The translations under genes were made by a program, and so were the position numbers. From Octopus bimaculoides (Eukaryota), in the NCBI RefSeq assembly GCF_001194135.2, contig NC_068983.1:141867898-141931897 (forward strand): a DNA stretch of 64,000 nucleotides, given 5' to 3'. The notes below the pieces were generated by a model, which was not told the DNA's origin, did no database searches, and was given only the letters and a program-made list of their open reading frames with translations. This document shows, piece after piece, positions 38,061 through 50,300 of this stretch; positions within the stretch are counted from its first letter, which is position 1; every line of letters begins with the position of its first letter.

Positions 38061-40343
38061 TAATTATCATGAGAGTCTTGACTTAGCAGTTTGTTTGATC
38101 TGAATATCCTACTTCTTTATCCCTTGCTGCTCTGTACCTTTCGGCACGTGTCAACGATTTTTATCATTTTATCATTTTTACATCCAACGTTTTGTTTCCT
38201 CTTATAACATTCACGTTTAGGATTTAAGCACAAAATATGCAATGTTAAGATCTTTGACCATGTGTTAATATAGTATTTTTTCAATCATTTTGCAGTGTCT
38301 CGACGGTTAATTAACTCACATTGCTTCAATCTGATTGAACGATGTCCTATATTTGCATTTGAAATGCATAACTTTTCTATATAAAAGATATACACCCTCT
38401 CTCTTTCTAACATGAAAAAATTTTATGTCTATACAGTTGCCTCAACATATTTTAATTCTGCAATATATCGATAAATTAATGTTGTATGCTCTGTTAGTGA
38501 AGTTTAGCACCAGATCAACCCCATAGTCAAAGATGTCCCTGCGGCGACAATCGGAATTTTCTTTCATGGAACAATGTAGTTAAGGCTACATTATCTTGTG
38601 TGTCTTTTTGGCTGCGAGGATGTGATTTGAGAGAGGTTTAGCTGCTGTTCTTAGCAATTTGAATGATCACAAAAAGGTCGTCTTAGTGGCTTGATTTTGT
38701 GCATAATATTTTAACTTACGACTATCATGTTAAAGGATGGCAGTTTTCTTTTAACAGTCCGTTGAAAATACATATAGAAGTGTATAAATATACATATAGA
38801 AATGGAATCTCAGTTGTTGTTTTGGAAGAAGAAATGAAAATATGTGAAGTGCATCCCTTCCCCAAGGCCAAAAATATGTAACGTCTACAAGCAAGAACTG
38901 GCACACACTGAGATCCGAATATGATTCCCCAGAACTATATATAGTGTCTAAAGGTACACGTTACAAAATGTTAAAATTTTTCGAAATTATACTTAAGTGT
39001 TTAGTAGGAGAGTTTGGTTGAAAAAAAAAAAAAGACAGTTTCCAGAATTGTTCAGAAGAGAAAATTTATAGTTCGGCTTTATAAAGCAGAAAAGTTTAGG
39101 AAATATGTTTGATACTGCAACTTCGTATATATCATTAATTATGTTTTCCTAATTCCACATTAACTATTAATTACACATCTAATTTTATCTGAATCGTAAA
39201 TGCAGATCCGTGGTATTTCAGGAATTCATATAACTATTTCATTTTGCAAGGTAATTATTATAATGATTCTTGTATTGGCACATTCCACAAATTTTATGGA
39301 TAAGTACAGTCGATTGAATCGACACCAGTACTAGATTAGTATTTAATTTTATTGACTCTGAAATTATCTAAGATAGCGTAGGCTTATATGGGATTGAACT
39401 TAGGACATGAGAGGATAACTTAGTTAACACATGTTTATGTTTCGAACATTAATAGCCCAGGCTATTCCTAACTTAATATCACCATCTAGAGTAATGCGTT
39501 AAGTCATCTTTTGGAACATCATATCTCACTCGAATAGGGAGTTGTTGTTTTTGTTGTGTGGGGGGGGGGGCTAAAATTATTTGAATGTCGTGGTTTGTCT
39601 GGTATTTCTGAGAGGAATTTATCCATCCAGGTGCCGTTTGAATGTTATAGGGCCTTGGGGGTTTTTTTTTGGGGGGGGGGGGGTTACTTCTTTGATTTCT
39701 GTCGGAGTAATGTTTAATAAAATGGGAGTAGCTGAGGTAGAAAAAAATGTATCGTAATGTTGTTCTATGATGCAAGCTCGATTTTTGTATGGGTATATAG
39801 CATGAGGGTGTAGTCTTGGTTGACTTTGTGAACTTGATACCGGCATTGTTTTCACAGTGATGAAATATTTTCAACATTATACTAATGATGCAGTGTTTAT
39901 GATGACGTAGGAGAGTTTGAGTAAAGTATAATTTTTTAATTTTACTATATCAACTAATACAGCGAACAAAATAATTATTCAGAGCCTAACTGTGAAAACT
40001 ACTAATTCGTATTATAAAAGTATTTGCATACATAAAATTGTACATATAGAATTTTTTAAAACGTTTGACAATTGAATTTCGAAGAGAGTAAATTTTAATT
40101 CATCGATCAAAAATATTCAAATTGTCAACAACTTTCGTGATGAAAACTTTGGACCTTGACAATTAATCCAACATGTCAAAATATATTGTTGCAATGTCAC
40201 AACATGTTTGCAAGTATTTTCCTTTTCTTCCAAGGATAATTAAAGTTTAGAAATTCTAACAAGTTTAAAAATCTGCATACATCAACACACATAACCAAAT
40301 ATGAATACGCAATGTGTGTGTGTGTGTGTCTGTGTGTGTGTGT

Positions 40344-41033
40344 GTTATTTATTCAAAGGACACAATACATGCATTTAAGTGCTATTTTCATATGCTGGGA
40401 AATATTCTTCAGGCGCAAACTACATATCATAACGAACTAAAAATAATAGAAGAATAATAGAAGAAACGCCAAAAAGTAAAAACGGAAAACGAAAACACAA
40501 AAACTAAAATGTAAAAAATGAAAAGCAAAACAGTAGAAGAGCTATCTTCCTTATACCTTAAATCATAAGGCTGAAAAAATAACAAATTAGTCGGGAATAG
40601 GCAAATTTTTCCAATTCTTCAAAATATATTTATATATATGCTTGCAACCACTGAAAATTTCTGATCCAGAGTTCAGTAGAGAGTTAGGGATCTTAGATCT
40701 GAACAGGACCTGCGCTCTTTCAGCTAAACAAAGCCTACATTTATTCGATCCATTCACATAAGGTATGGATTTCTCAATTACTTTCCATTTAATCACATGT
40801 GGTGTTTCATTATCTTTCAAGGTCCATACGTAGCTAGCCAACTTAGTAGCTTAACTTTTGTTCCTATGCCTGAAGGAGGCTGTGATTGGCATAGCGAGTT
40901 TTAAATTCACCTTCACATAATCTAATACAGGTACTCTTTGGTTTGCACCTGAAGAATATGTTTGAGTATTTCGCAACGTATGAAACTATCGGTAGCGCTT
41001 AAATACATGTATTGTGCCCTTTAAATAAATGAT
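40344..41033 (-). mobile_element. Penelope-like element remnant: GIY-YIG endonuclease C-terminal fragment between inverted pLTR-like repeats
   Basis: 40587-40935 (minus) gives LCEGEFKTRYANH/ASFRHRNKS*ATKLASYVWTLKDNETPHVIKWKVIEKSIPYVNGSNKCRLCLAE..., with a frameshift and a stop. 40344-40420 (minus) aligns to 40941-41033 (plus). Confidence 0.85.
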
Positions 41034-41098
41034 ATTTATCTCTCACCAGATGTAATACTTTTTTTTTTTGTTGAATTCTCTGTCACGGAACAATACAT

Positions 41099-41100
<2 letters not shown>

Positions 41101-41186
<86 letters not shown>

Positions 41187-41188
41187 TG
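41101..41188. repeat. (GT)n(GA)n microsatellite
   Basis: Visible directly. Confidence 0.95.
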
Positions 41189-42499
41189 TGTCTGTGTATC
41201 TATATGTATGTATAGACATATATATGAAGAAAGTGAGGGAGCGAGAGAGACGTACAATGATTCATATAAATACGTATAAACTAATACTTCGTTCTATGTT
41301 TCCTCTGTAAACGAAACTTTGTTATAACTACGTAAAGTTGCTACAATTAGCAACTTAACTGCAAAAACCAAGGTAAAAATGTGAACCATTCTCATTGATA
41401 AGCCATTCCCGAAATTTCCCGCCTAAATTTAAACCTCCTTGTAAGAAACCATTTTGTTGCTTTTTAACATGCGTAAAAGAAAGCAATCACTCGTTCATAT
41501 TTGGATCGTTTTTGTATTCGTGAGAGTTTGTTCGTGCAACATTGTAACACTTATTTCTTTCTTTAAATTTTTTTAAATACTTTTATCTCATCACACCATG
41601 TAATTGTAATAAATACATTAGATATGAAACTACAAGTTATAAAAATAGCAGAAGGAGAAAAAAAAAGTTCTTTTGGAATCTTTAGGACTTGCACTATCAG
41701 CTATAATATTTGTGGATGATCTAAAGTGTGTAGAAAACAATCTAATTTCCATAGCATTCGTAAAACGGGGAAAATCAAGTGCTTACATGCTGGCTGTATT
41801 AGAATCTTTTAACATAGTTATAGCATTGTGGAAACAATAGAATGCTAGAAAGAAGTTAGAGACATTTGTCATATTAGTGTTTAAAGAAAATTGTGTCCAT
41901 ATGTAGTTAAGCAAGACTATAGAATAAAGGATGAAACAGTATTTGAAGAACTTGATGCAAATGATATCCTTGAGGAATTAGCAGAACTACTAGCGTCTAG
42001 TTCAGTAAGCGAAGAGACAACCGATTGCAACAGAAATCTTAGCTAAGAGATTCAGTAAACTACTAACATTTTGAACCAAGTATAGCGCCAAATCGTTATA
42101 GGGGAGAATTAGAAGTCTGTAGTAAAGACTGGCTGGTAGCATCTAGAACACCTTTGATTATAGATCTGCTTAATGTAGGTTGAACTGGAGTTCAACAACG
42201 GAAACAGTCATGTCCACTCATCGACGCCTTTTCTTTTCTACTCATGCATTAGCATGTCCCTTCAGGCAATGCCTTTACATCCGCTAATTAATTTAGGTGC
42301 CATTTTCCTACATTTATCTCTTTTTGTTCCCGTAAATCCATACATCTGATTTCTCATTACCCCGATCTATATCTACAATGCTTCTGCTACGCTATGCTTC
42401 TAAAAAGCATTGAAAGATTGAATTTGGTTAGAAGATGATGAAGTGTCGTTTTTAATGTATGAAGTTCGAGAGGAGTAGAGTAGAGGACTGGTTGGTATT

Positions 42500-43120
42500 T
42501 TGGAACACCTTCCTACGTTCCTATTTTATGGCAAGGATCCAAGAACAGAAGGTTTTAAGAGACTCGAGACGAGAATCTAGAAGAAATAAAAGATAAACAC
42601 ATCAGTAATAACATATGCAAACTCCTCCTACTCTCATTTACTTCGGATATGAAAATAAGATTAGTTGACCATTGTAGATTTCACACATTTTTTAAGAACC
42701 TCAAATGCAAAAGTTGTAGAAATCCATCCACTTGTAGGAGATATTCTGAACACGTAAAATGTCTAAACGGGAACAGCTGTTATAAAGGAAATCTGTGGAT
42801 TAAAATGGCTCAACCAGGAACCGATCTTCCAGCGCAGACTCAGCTAACTGGTTTCTTATCTATCATATTAAATGGAGGAGTGACAAGTAGGTCGGGTGGG
42901 TTTGAATGCAGTGGGGTGTGCAGTTAACTAGTTCAAAAGAGCAGAGGCCGTTATAGCAGCAATAGAAGAAGCTGAAAGTAGAAATAAGACGTTTGTGAAC
43001 CGGTAGTTGAAGTATGTTCATGGATGAAACTCTGATGACCAGTCGATGGATTAGTTCACGATGCACTTGTGTGTGCAGATTTTTCTGTATTAAAATGACA
43101 CAATAATAGTTACTGTACTG
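42500..43120 (-). mobile_element. L2/Crack-like LINE 3' remnant
   Basis: Minus frame RLISTFSFFYCCYNGLCSFELV resembles the conserved SLSLFYRYYNG.CSSEL segment. 41800-42200 may be more of the same element. Confidence 0.5.
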
Positions 43121-43183
43121 CAATGGAAGAAACGTTGGGGGGTTTTTTGACTAGCATTGATGCGAGAGGTTTCGGATTGACGA

Positions 43184-43184
<1 letters not shown>

Positions 43185-43223
<39 letters not shown>

Positions 43224-43300
43224 GGTGGTGGTGGTGGTGGTGGTGGTGGTGGTGGTTGGAGCAGGAGGACGAGGACGAGGACGAAGATGAGGAGGAGGAG
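43185..43300. repeat. (TAG)n(TGG)n(GAG)n trinucleotide repeats
   Basis: Visible directly. Confidence 0.95.
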
Positions 43301-44806
43301 AAGGAACTGAGTAATGAAGCGAGAGAAGGGTTAGACTAACAGTATGTATTAGAAAGAAAGTAAGAAATTAGTTCTTTTGCTAACTAACCCCTGTCTGTCC
43401 ATGCACTTATACTGACCACCACCAACCGAGCTGCTAACGTTAAGCCAGCATCAAGGCGGTGTTTTAATCCCTATTGTGTGTCTATATCTATTAATTCCTT
43501 AATCTGACCTACAAACTTCTTGGCAATTTTACAACTGAATCATTACACTCGTTTACATAAACCCTTATATAGACACCTATACACACACATTTATAATGAC
43601 ACCTGCACAAGTTTTGTACACTTAGAAAGAAGCCAACACACCAACACCTACACAAGTTTCAACTTACAAACAACCATTATACCGAGTCTTTCAGTCTCTT
43701 TGTTCTTTCCCTCTTCATCTCATTTCTCCCTCCATACATTTATATCGTTTTACACACATTACAATACTTCAAGTATATTGCAATATGCACGCACGCACAC
43801 ACACACACACACACGTATGCACACATGTTCATACTTGAAACTATTTCTTTCGCGCATTGTCTCTCTATGGTCTGTGTGTATAGCTATGTACGTGTGACTG
43901 AATAAAATTACTCCCATTACCACATATTAATAATAAGACAGCTATAACTTAAGCTAAGTGTATTTTTTATTAATATTATGTGAATCAGGTAGTAGAAGAA
44001 GATATGGTTCTGAAGAGCAAAAGAAAAATCGAGATGAAGTTCCCAGTTCCTTAGATGCTCTTAGAATATTCGAGTACATATTACTTTAATCTCCGCCTTA
44101 ATTTTATTGGTATTTCCATTGTTTTTGCTTTTGTTCAACCCTGGTCGAGCAAACCAATGACCAAAGGCTAACCAACTGTAACTACTCGTTCTTATTTTCA
44201 GACATGCTGTATCTAGAACTACACTATCCAATGTATTGTTCAGCTTTTAAGTTGTGACTTGAGAGAGATCTTGTTGCGACTTCTTGCAAATTAGTAGTAT
44301 AGATTCCCCATTTGGGAAAAACTTGGATAAGCTAATTTTTTTTACTGTAATCATTTTATCCATGATTTCAATGTGATTTGAAAAAATACTTCTGGTCCTG
44401 CAATATTATCATCTCTGCGCTTATGAAATATGCTAACAAAAACATGACAATAATTTTTACATTTTTGATAACTGCAAATATATTTGCTGTTACCAAAAAT
44501 GTCTCTAAATGGATTGCGTAATTGTAGTTTTAGGGCGTCATATATTATGTTAATTAGATACAAACTCTACTCACCACAGGACGTCCAACATATTAGTCGC
44601 AACATTCCCAAGATTAATATCTATTCTTGACATTTGGGTAGCGTGAGACTGATAAAAAAAATTAAGTGTCCACTGATATTCAACGAAACTCCTCCATGGA
44701 GTTCAACGTAAAATTTGTTTCATGTACAGAGCATTTAGGGCTATAACATCTGATGCACCCTTCTGCTTTTATTGCTGTAGAGCGTAGTTTGAGCTTCCTC
44801 TAAACT

Positions 44807-45190
44807 GTGTTGGCACTCCGTCGCTAACGACGTCGAGGGTTCCAGTTGATACGATCAACGGAACAGCCTGCTCGTGAAATTTACGTGCAAGAGGCTGAGC
44901 AATCCACAGACACGTGTACCCTTAACGTAGTTCTCGGAGGATATTCAGCGTGACAAAGTGTGACAAGGCTGACCCTTTGAGTTACAGGTACAACAGAAAC
45001 AGGAAGTAGGAGTGAGAGAAAGTTGTGGTGAAAGAGTACAGCAGGGTTCGCCACCATCCCCTGCCGAAGCCACATGGAGCTTTAGGTGTTTTCGCTCAAT
45101 AAACACTCACAACGCTCGTTCTGGGAATCGAAACCGCGATCCTATGACAGCGAGGACGCTGCCCTAACCACTGGGCCATTGCGCCTCCAC
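44807..45190 (-). mobile_element. SINE family B, full length
   Basis: Complete from tgttggcactccgtcg (tail) to ccattgcgcctccac (head); most CpGs retained. Confidence 0.92.
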
Positions 45191-45751
45191 TCCTTTAGAC
45201 TAATTACCACTGTTATAAGAAAGGCGATTTCATCGACTAAATCTTCACAGATTAGCCTTGCAGTTTGTCGAAGAAAATCAATAATTAGTATCTTTTTACA
45301 AGAACAATGTCTCAGATGTATATGGGCGGGGAAAATGAGATGTAATTTTTATCCCGTTCCCGAACGCATTAGCCTCATTGGTAGAGTAAAATGATAACAG
45401 GCCGACATTGAAACCGGTCTGCATGCATGAGTCTTCGGTAGTTTACCCTTTGCTCTATCAGCATTGACCATATTAGTATAGTCAGTTCTAAATATTTCCG
45501 CCTTGTTTAATGTCTTAGGCATTTATGAAAAATATTCAAAATTTTATTTCTTCCGTTCACATATTTCCTCAGCACAAACAATTTTGATTCCGCGCCCCCA
45601 TCCTCTAGGTAAGAGTTGTTTGTTCTGTTTCCTGGAAGTGATAAACTAAAGGGAAAGTAAAAACCAGGTCATTTAGACTATCCGTTTAAGAAAATATGTT
45701 ACAGAATATATATTTTTACACACACACACACACATACACATATATATGTGA

Positions 45752-45789
<38 letters not shown>

Positions 45790-47189
45790 ATCGTGCTTTC
45801 AGTTGCTACTGCAAGTTTATATAATGAAATTAATGTTTATGCACAGGCAGGCATGTTACATTACTGACTCGCATATGTTGATTGTGCCTTAACACACACA
45901 CACATACACACACACACGCGCACACACACACACACACATACATACATACATACATACGTACATACATACATATCGCTTGTTGGGAATTATATTTAAAAAA
46001 TTGGCACAGTGTTTGGGGAAGTAGATAAAAAGGACACGAAAACAACAAGACAGAATCATCGACCAACATAATTCTGGAAACTTGTACATTTTATTTATTT
46101 ATATATATTATACTTATTATTTATATATATATATTCATTCTATGTAAGCAAAGAGACACCTCCACAAATGTAGTACATTCTATAACAGAAGAAACGAAAC
46201 AAAAACAAAAACAACAAAATTAACATATGCAAAAAAAAGAATTGTCCAATTCTTGTTTAATACGTAGTTACTTCCGATTGTACAATGTGGATATTAACAT
46301 AAAAGCAATGGTAACGTTATTTATACAACATCACATCAACATTGATTACCTGTAGGATTGTCGAGATTTTTATTTATATCTTATTTTTTAATTTCTATTT
46401 CTGTTTGGAGTCAACATTTCTCCGTTTCGAAGTATTGCGTTGCTCAGCATAAAAATTAAGAGAAAGAGTTTTTAAAGAGCGGCAGTTATTCAGAACTGTG
46501 TTTCTCTCCTTGGTGACATTAGTCCAAAATTGCACACTTCTCTTTCTCGCAGTGACATTTCATTCGTACGGCTTCAGATTCGTATCACTATTTCTCGACA
46601 AGACGCATTAATTTATCTTATTGCAACACACTTCATTGATTTAAAAAAAAAAAAAAGAATATCCAAATTGCTATACTATGATGAGAAATGAGGCTCACCC
46701 TTTTGCTACTTTGCCACCTTTACCGCGACCTATTTTTCGGGATTCTACTAAGGGACCCAAAATACCAAGAACTATCAGGTATTTCTAATTGACTTTTCTC
46801 CCCTCTTTTATTTCATAAAAATATTTTTTATAGTTTAATAACAATTTTAGCAGACAGACATGCACCATGAACTGATTTCATTTGACTAGGCACAAACCAA
46901 TATGTTGGTCAATGAATTAAATTAATAAAAACAAAATTGGTAATCATATTGGGGCAGTGGGGTATATTTTTGTTTCGTTTGTTTGTATCCCGCAAGGACC
47001 TCTTTTTATTTTTAAGTCTGAAGGTTTGCGTTGTAAATTCATGTTACCAATAAAAATTATCGCACTACCTGGGTTGCTTTCGGTTTAAAACTCTTGTCTT
47101 GATGTTACGACAAATTTGAAAGTTAATAAATTCATCTAGAAAAAAAAATGGTATTAACTGTGTAAAATAATAATTTCTAATATTGACGA

Positions 47190-47375
47190 AGATAGTATAT
47201 TTGGGGAAGGATAACTCTGTTAAATCGCATCCACTACCTGAAAGATACTTCCTTTATTGATCTTTAAAAGACAAAAGTAAAGTTTAACCTTGCGAGATTT
47301 GAACGGAAAACGTAGTGATATAAATAAATATTGCAAAATCCGATGTTCTATCGATTCTGTCGACCGACCGCTTTC
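47190..47375 (-). mobile_element. Old family A SINE remnant (similar remnants near 13000, 35300, 39300, 48800, 49600, 56350, 61300)
   Basis: Partial matches to aaaggcaaagtcgacctc and atttgaactc-type segments. Confidence 0.5.
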
Positions 47376-50300
47376 TGTTTGAAATAATGAACTTTTAAAA
47401 ATTTATACATTATATGTATAATATGAGAAAGTGTGTCGGTACAACTCAAGGCTTCTACTTAACCAGTCAAGATGGAACACTGAGAGTTATACTAACAAAA
47501 AAAAAAAGGAATTCAAAACATTCTAAATCGTAATTTGAGACAAGTAGAACAAGCACTCGGACAGGCCTCGAGCCGTGTTTTTGTCGATTAACCAGATGAC
47601 CACATTACGTCGAAATTTTATCTGTAATCTGTGTCGGAATTGTCGTTTGGAATAAATCCTATAAAAACGGAGAAACAGTAAAGATAGTGGAATTCTTTTA
47701 ATTTTGGGGATAATGAATTCCTCTTATGCTTTATATTTTATATTAGAGTAACTAAATGGAATGGGATATTGTAGCATCTCTTTCCGTTCACACATACCTA
47801 GATCGACGTTTACCATTGCACTTATAATTTTGTGTTAAAGCAGAATAATTCAACTCAAATGTACATGACTTATTTAACGGAAAATACTGTTTAAAAGAAA
47901 TCGAAATCGTTTTCGAGATGAGCTTTAAATGAACTTTTTGTTGGTAATGAGGAGGAACAGCTTCCAGTGACTTCTTTGCAGCCTTTCCAGCTAAGTGATA
48001 CTAATTCGGCTGATGTGCACTTTGTACATCTGCGTTTGATATTTGCTGGAAAGCGTGAACCGAAAAGTCGGAACTAAATCCTTGTAACGTAGTGAACTTA
48101 GCGTGTTAGGCCTGCGCATTAATCCACCCCAGTGCATGGACAAAAGCTTGAAATATATGCAACTACGCAACAGTTATGCAGTTATTCAAGTAACCTTGTC
48201 AGTATACACGGCAATGGCCTATCTGAGATAGTCTACGTGTTAGCTTGTTACCTTCACTGAGGGAACCTATGATCAGAGGCGTTTCAACCATGATCCTGCA
48301 ACTATTTTATTTTTTTATGACTGTAGTATTTGATGAGTGGAAATTTGGAAGCCTTTCTCGCTGTTCAAACAAGATGAAGCAAGCCTCTTCTATAATCGAA
48401 GTTATCCCAGCTATGACTATCCCGTCCTTGTGTGTGATATAGCTGAATATACCTCTGACTACATTATTCAACGTGTCGTTTTTTAAAGGTGGTAGTTTGA
48501 GTGCAGATTTAACTGCTGTTTTTCGCAGATCAAGCTACCAAGTAGAGGTTTTCTTGTTCCCTGCATCTGACAAGTAAATGTGAAGTGTTAACTCTGTCCA
48601 AAAATTAATATTGCAAAAAAAACAAATCTTTTCTTTTAGTAAAGTTTATTTCCTATTTCATTTTTTGTATTTTCTTTGTATTTTATTTGAAACAAATGTA
48701 TGGAAAAATCCAACAATGGGACCCTACATATAGTCAATTAAATTGGCTTACAAATTTTTTTAAATCTATTTTGAAGAAGTGAAAGACCAAGTCAACTCTA
48801 AAACGATTTGAACTCGGAACGTAATTTATTGTAACTATATACCCTTAAAGGATTTTACCAGGTGCTCTATCGAAGTTTTATACAATATTACGCATTTTTG
48901 TTTTGTAGAATTAATCTTTCAGTAATACAAAATATGATACGTCTAACCACAATGACTTTCGCAAATGAATAGCATATGCGCCGGTTATTAAATGATATTT
49001 CCAAACATTGTCCAGTTACTGCGGAAATTAAATGATTACGAAAACTCCCTTAGTTTCTTTCACTTCATATCGCCACGAACGCTTGTTTTAATTTTTATCT
49101 GGATGCAAGTGTACTCTAGTTATTTCGAAGTGAAGAAATTATTTCTGCAATATTTTTAGCATTTCGGTTATATGAAACCCCATTGCTCATTTATTCATAC
49201 ACTTATAGATACCAATTGGTGCGACGGAAATTTTGATAACAAATAATGTTTAAGTGAAGTTGTTTGTTTTTGAAGAGTCGCGGTGTCCTCTGCGTTGTAA
49301 TTATTTTAGTTTCAACATACGAAATATATATAATCTTTAAAAACAAGATATTAATGTACTCGACTATCCATAAAAAGGTGGCCTGCCCTCAACTGGAATG
49401 CCTGATCATTGGTCTACTCGATAACGGCTAACCTGGAGCTGAACAACCACTACAATTATGCAATGTGAATCTTTCTACAAAAAATTTTAGTAATCATAAA
49501 AAATGGAAAATGAAATCTTAGTTTCCTCAGAAGTGCATTCCGTAGATGAAATTTAAATTCATTATTTCATTGCTCATATCTTAGTTGGGTTCATATCCCG
49601 CCGAGGTCAACTTTACATTTCTTCCTTTCAGAGTTGATGAAATAGAGTACTTTTCGAAGTCTTGAATCGATTTCGCCGACTATAGCCTACCCTTGTTAAA
49701 GATTTATGGTCTTGCACTAATCTTAGAAATCGAGATTATTTTGGTTGACTAATTGGCAGAGGGAAATTTATATTTAATAATAGTAGTAAAATGAGCGTTC
49801 TTCCATTTGATGTGGTAGACTGAGAAATTTTAATCAAAATTATGAAATAGTGATTGTATTTTGTCTTTTAGCAAACTCTCGGTATGTTTCATCAGTGAAG
49901 TGTAGTTTACGTCAACTGCAAGGCCTTAGAATGATTAAATATATATTTTTCGGGACTAAAGACTTAAAAGAACGACTTGTGCAGAAATACCCAGAAGCAC
50001 TTGTTATGTTTAAACGTATTAAATTGAGCGCTTGCAACACAGACATGCGATTTGCAGTTTCTTTCTAATATAGACGCTACGACAATTCGATTAATTCTTC
50101 ACTCTACGCTTTAACAGTTGTTTAGCCCAGGCCATCTTTGATTAAGCAGACATGTTAAATCTATTTCCCTCGTAACCATCCCGTCTTAATTCAGATAGTA
50201 AAACTAGGACTGCTTTTGTTAATATTGTTTAAGGGAGTAAGCTGTTATTTGAGGGATATGTGGCTGATATTTCTAACAAACCGAGTAACCCTTCGTACGC

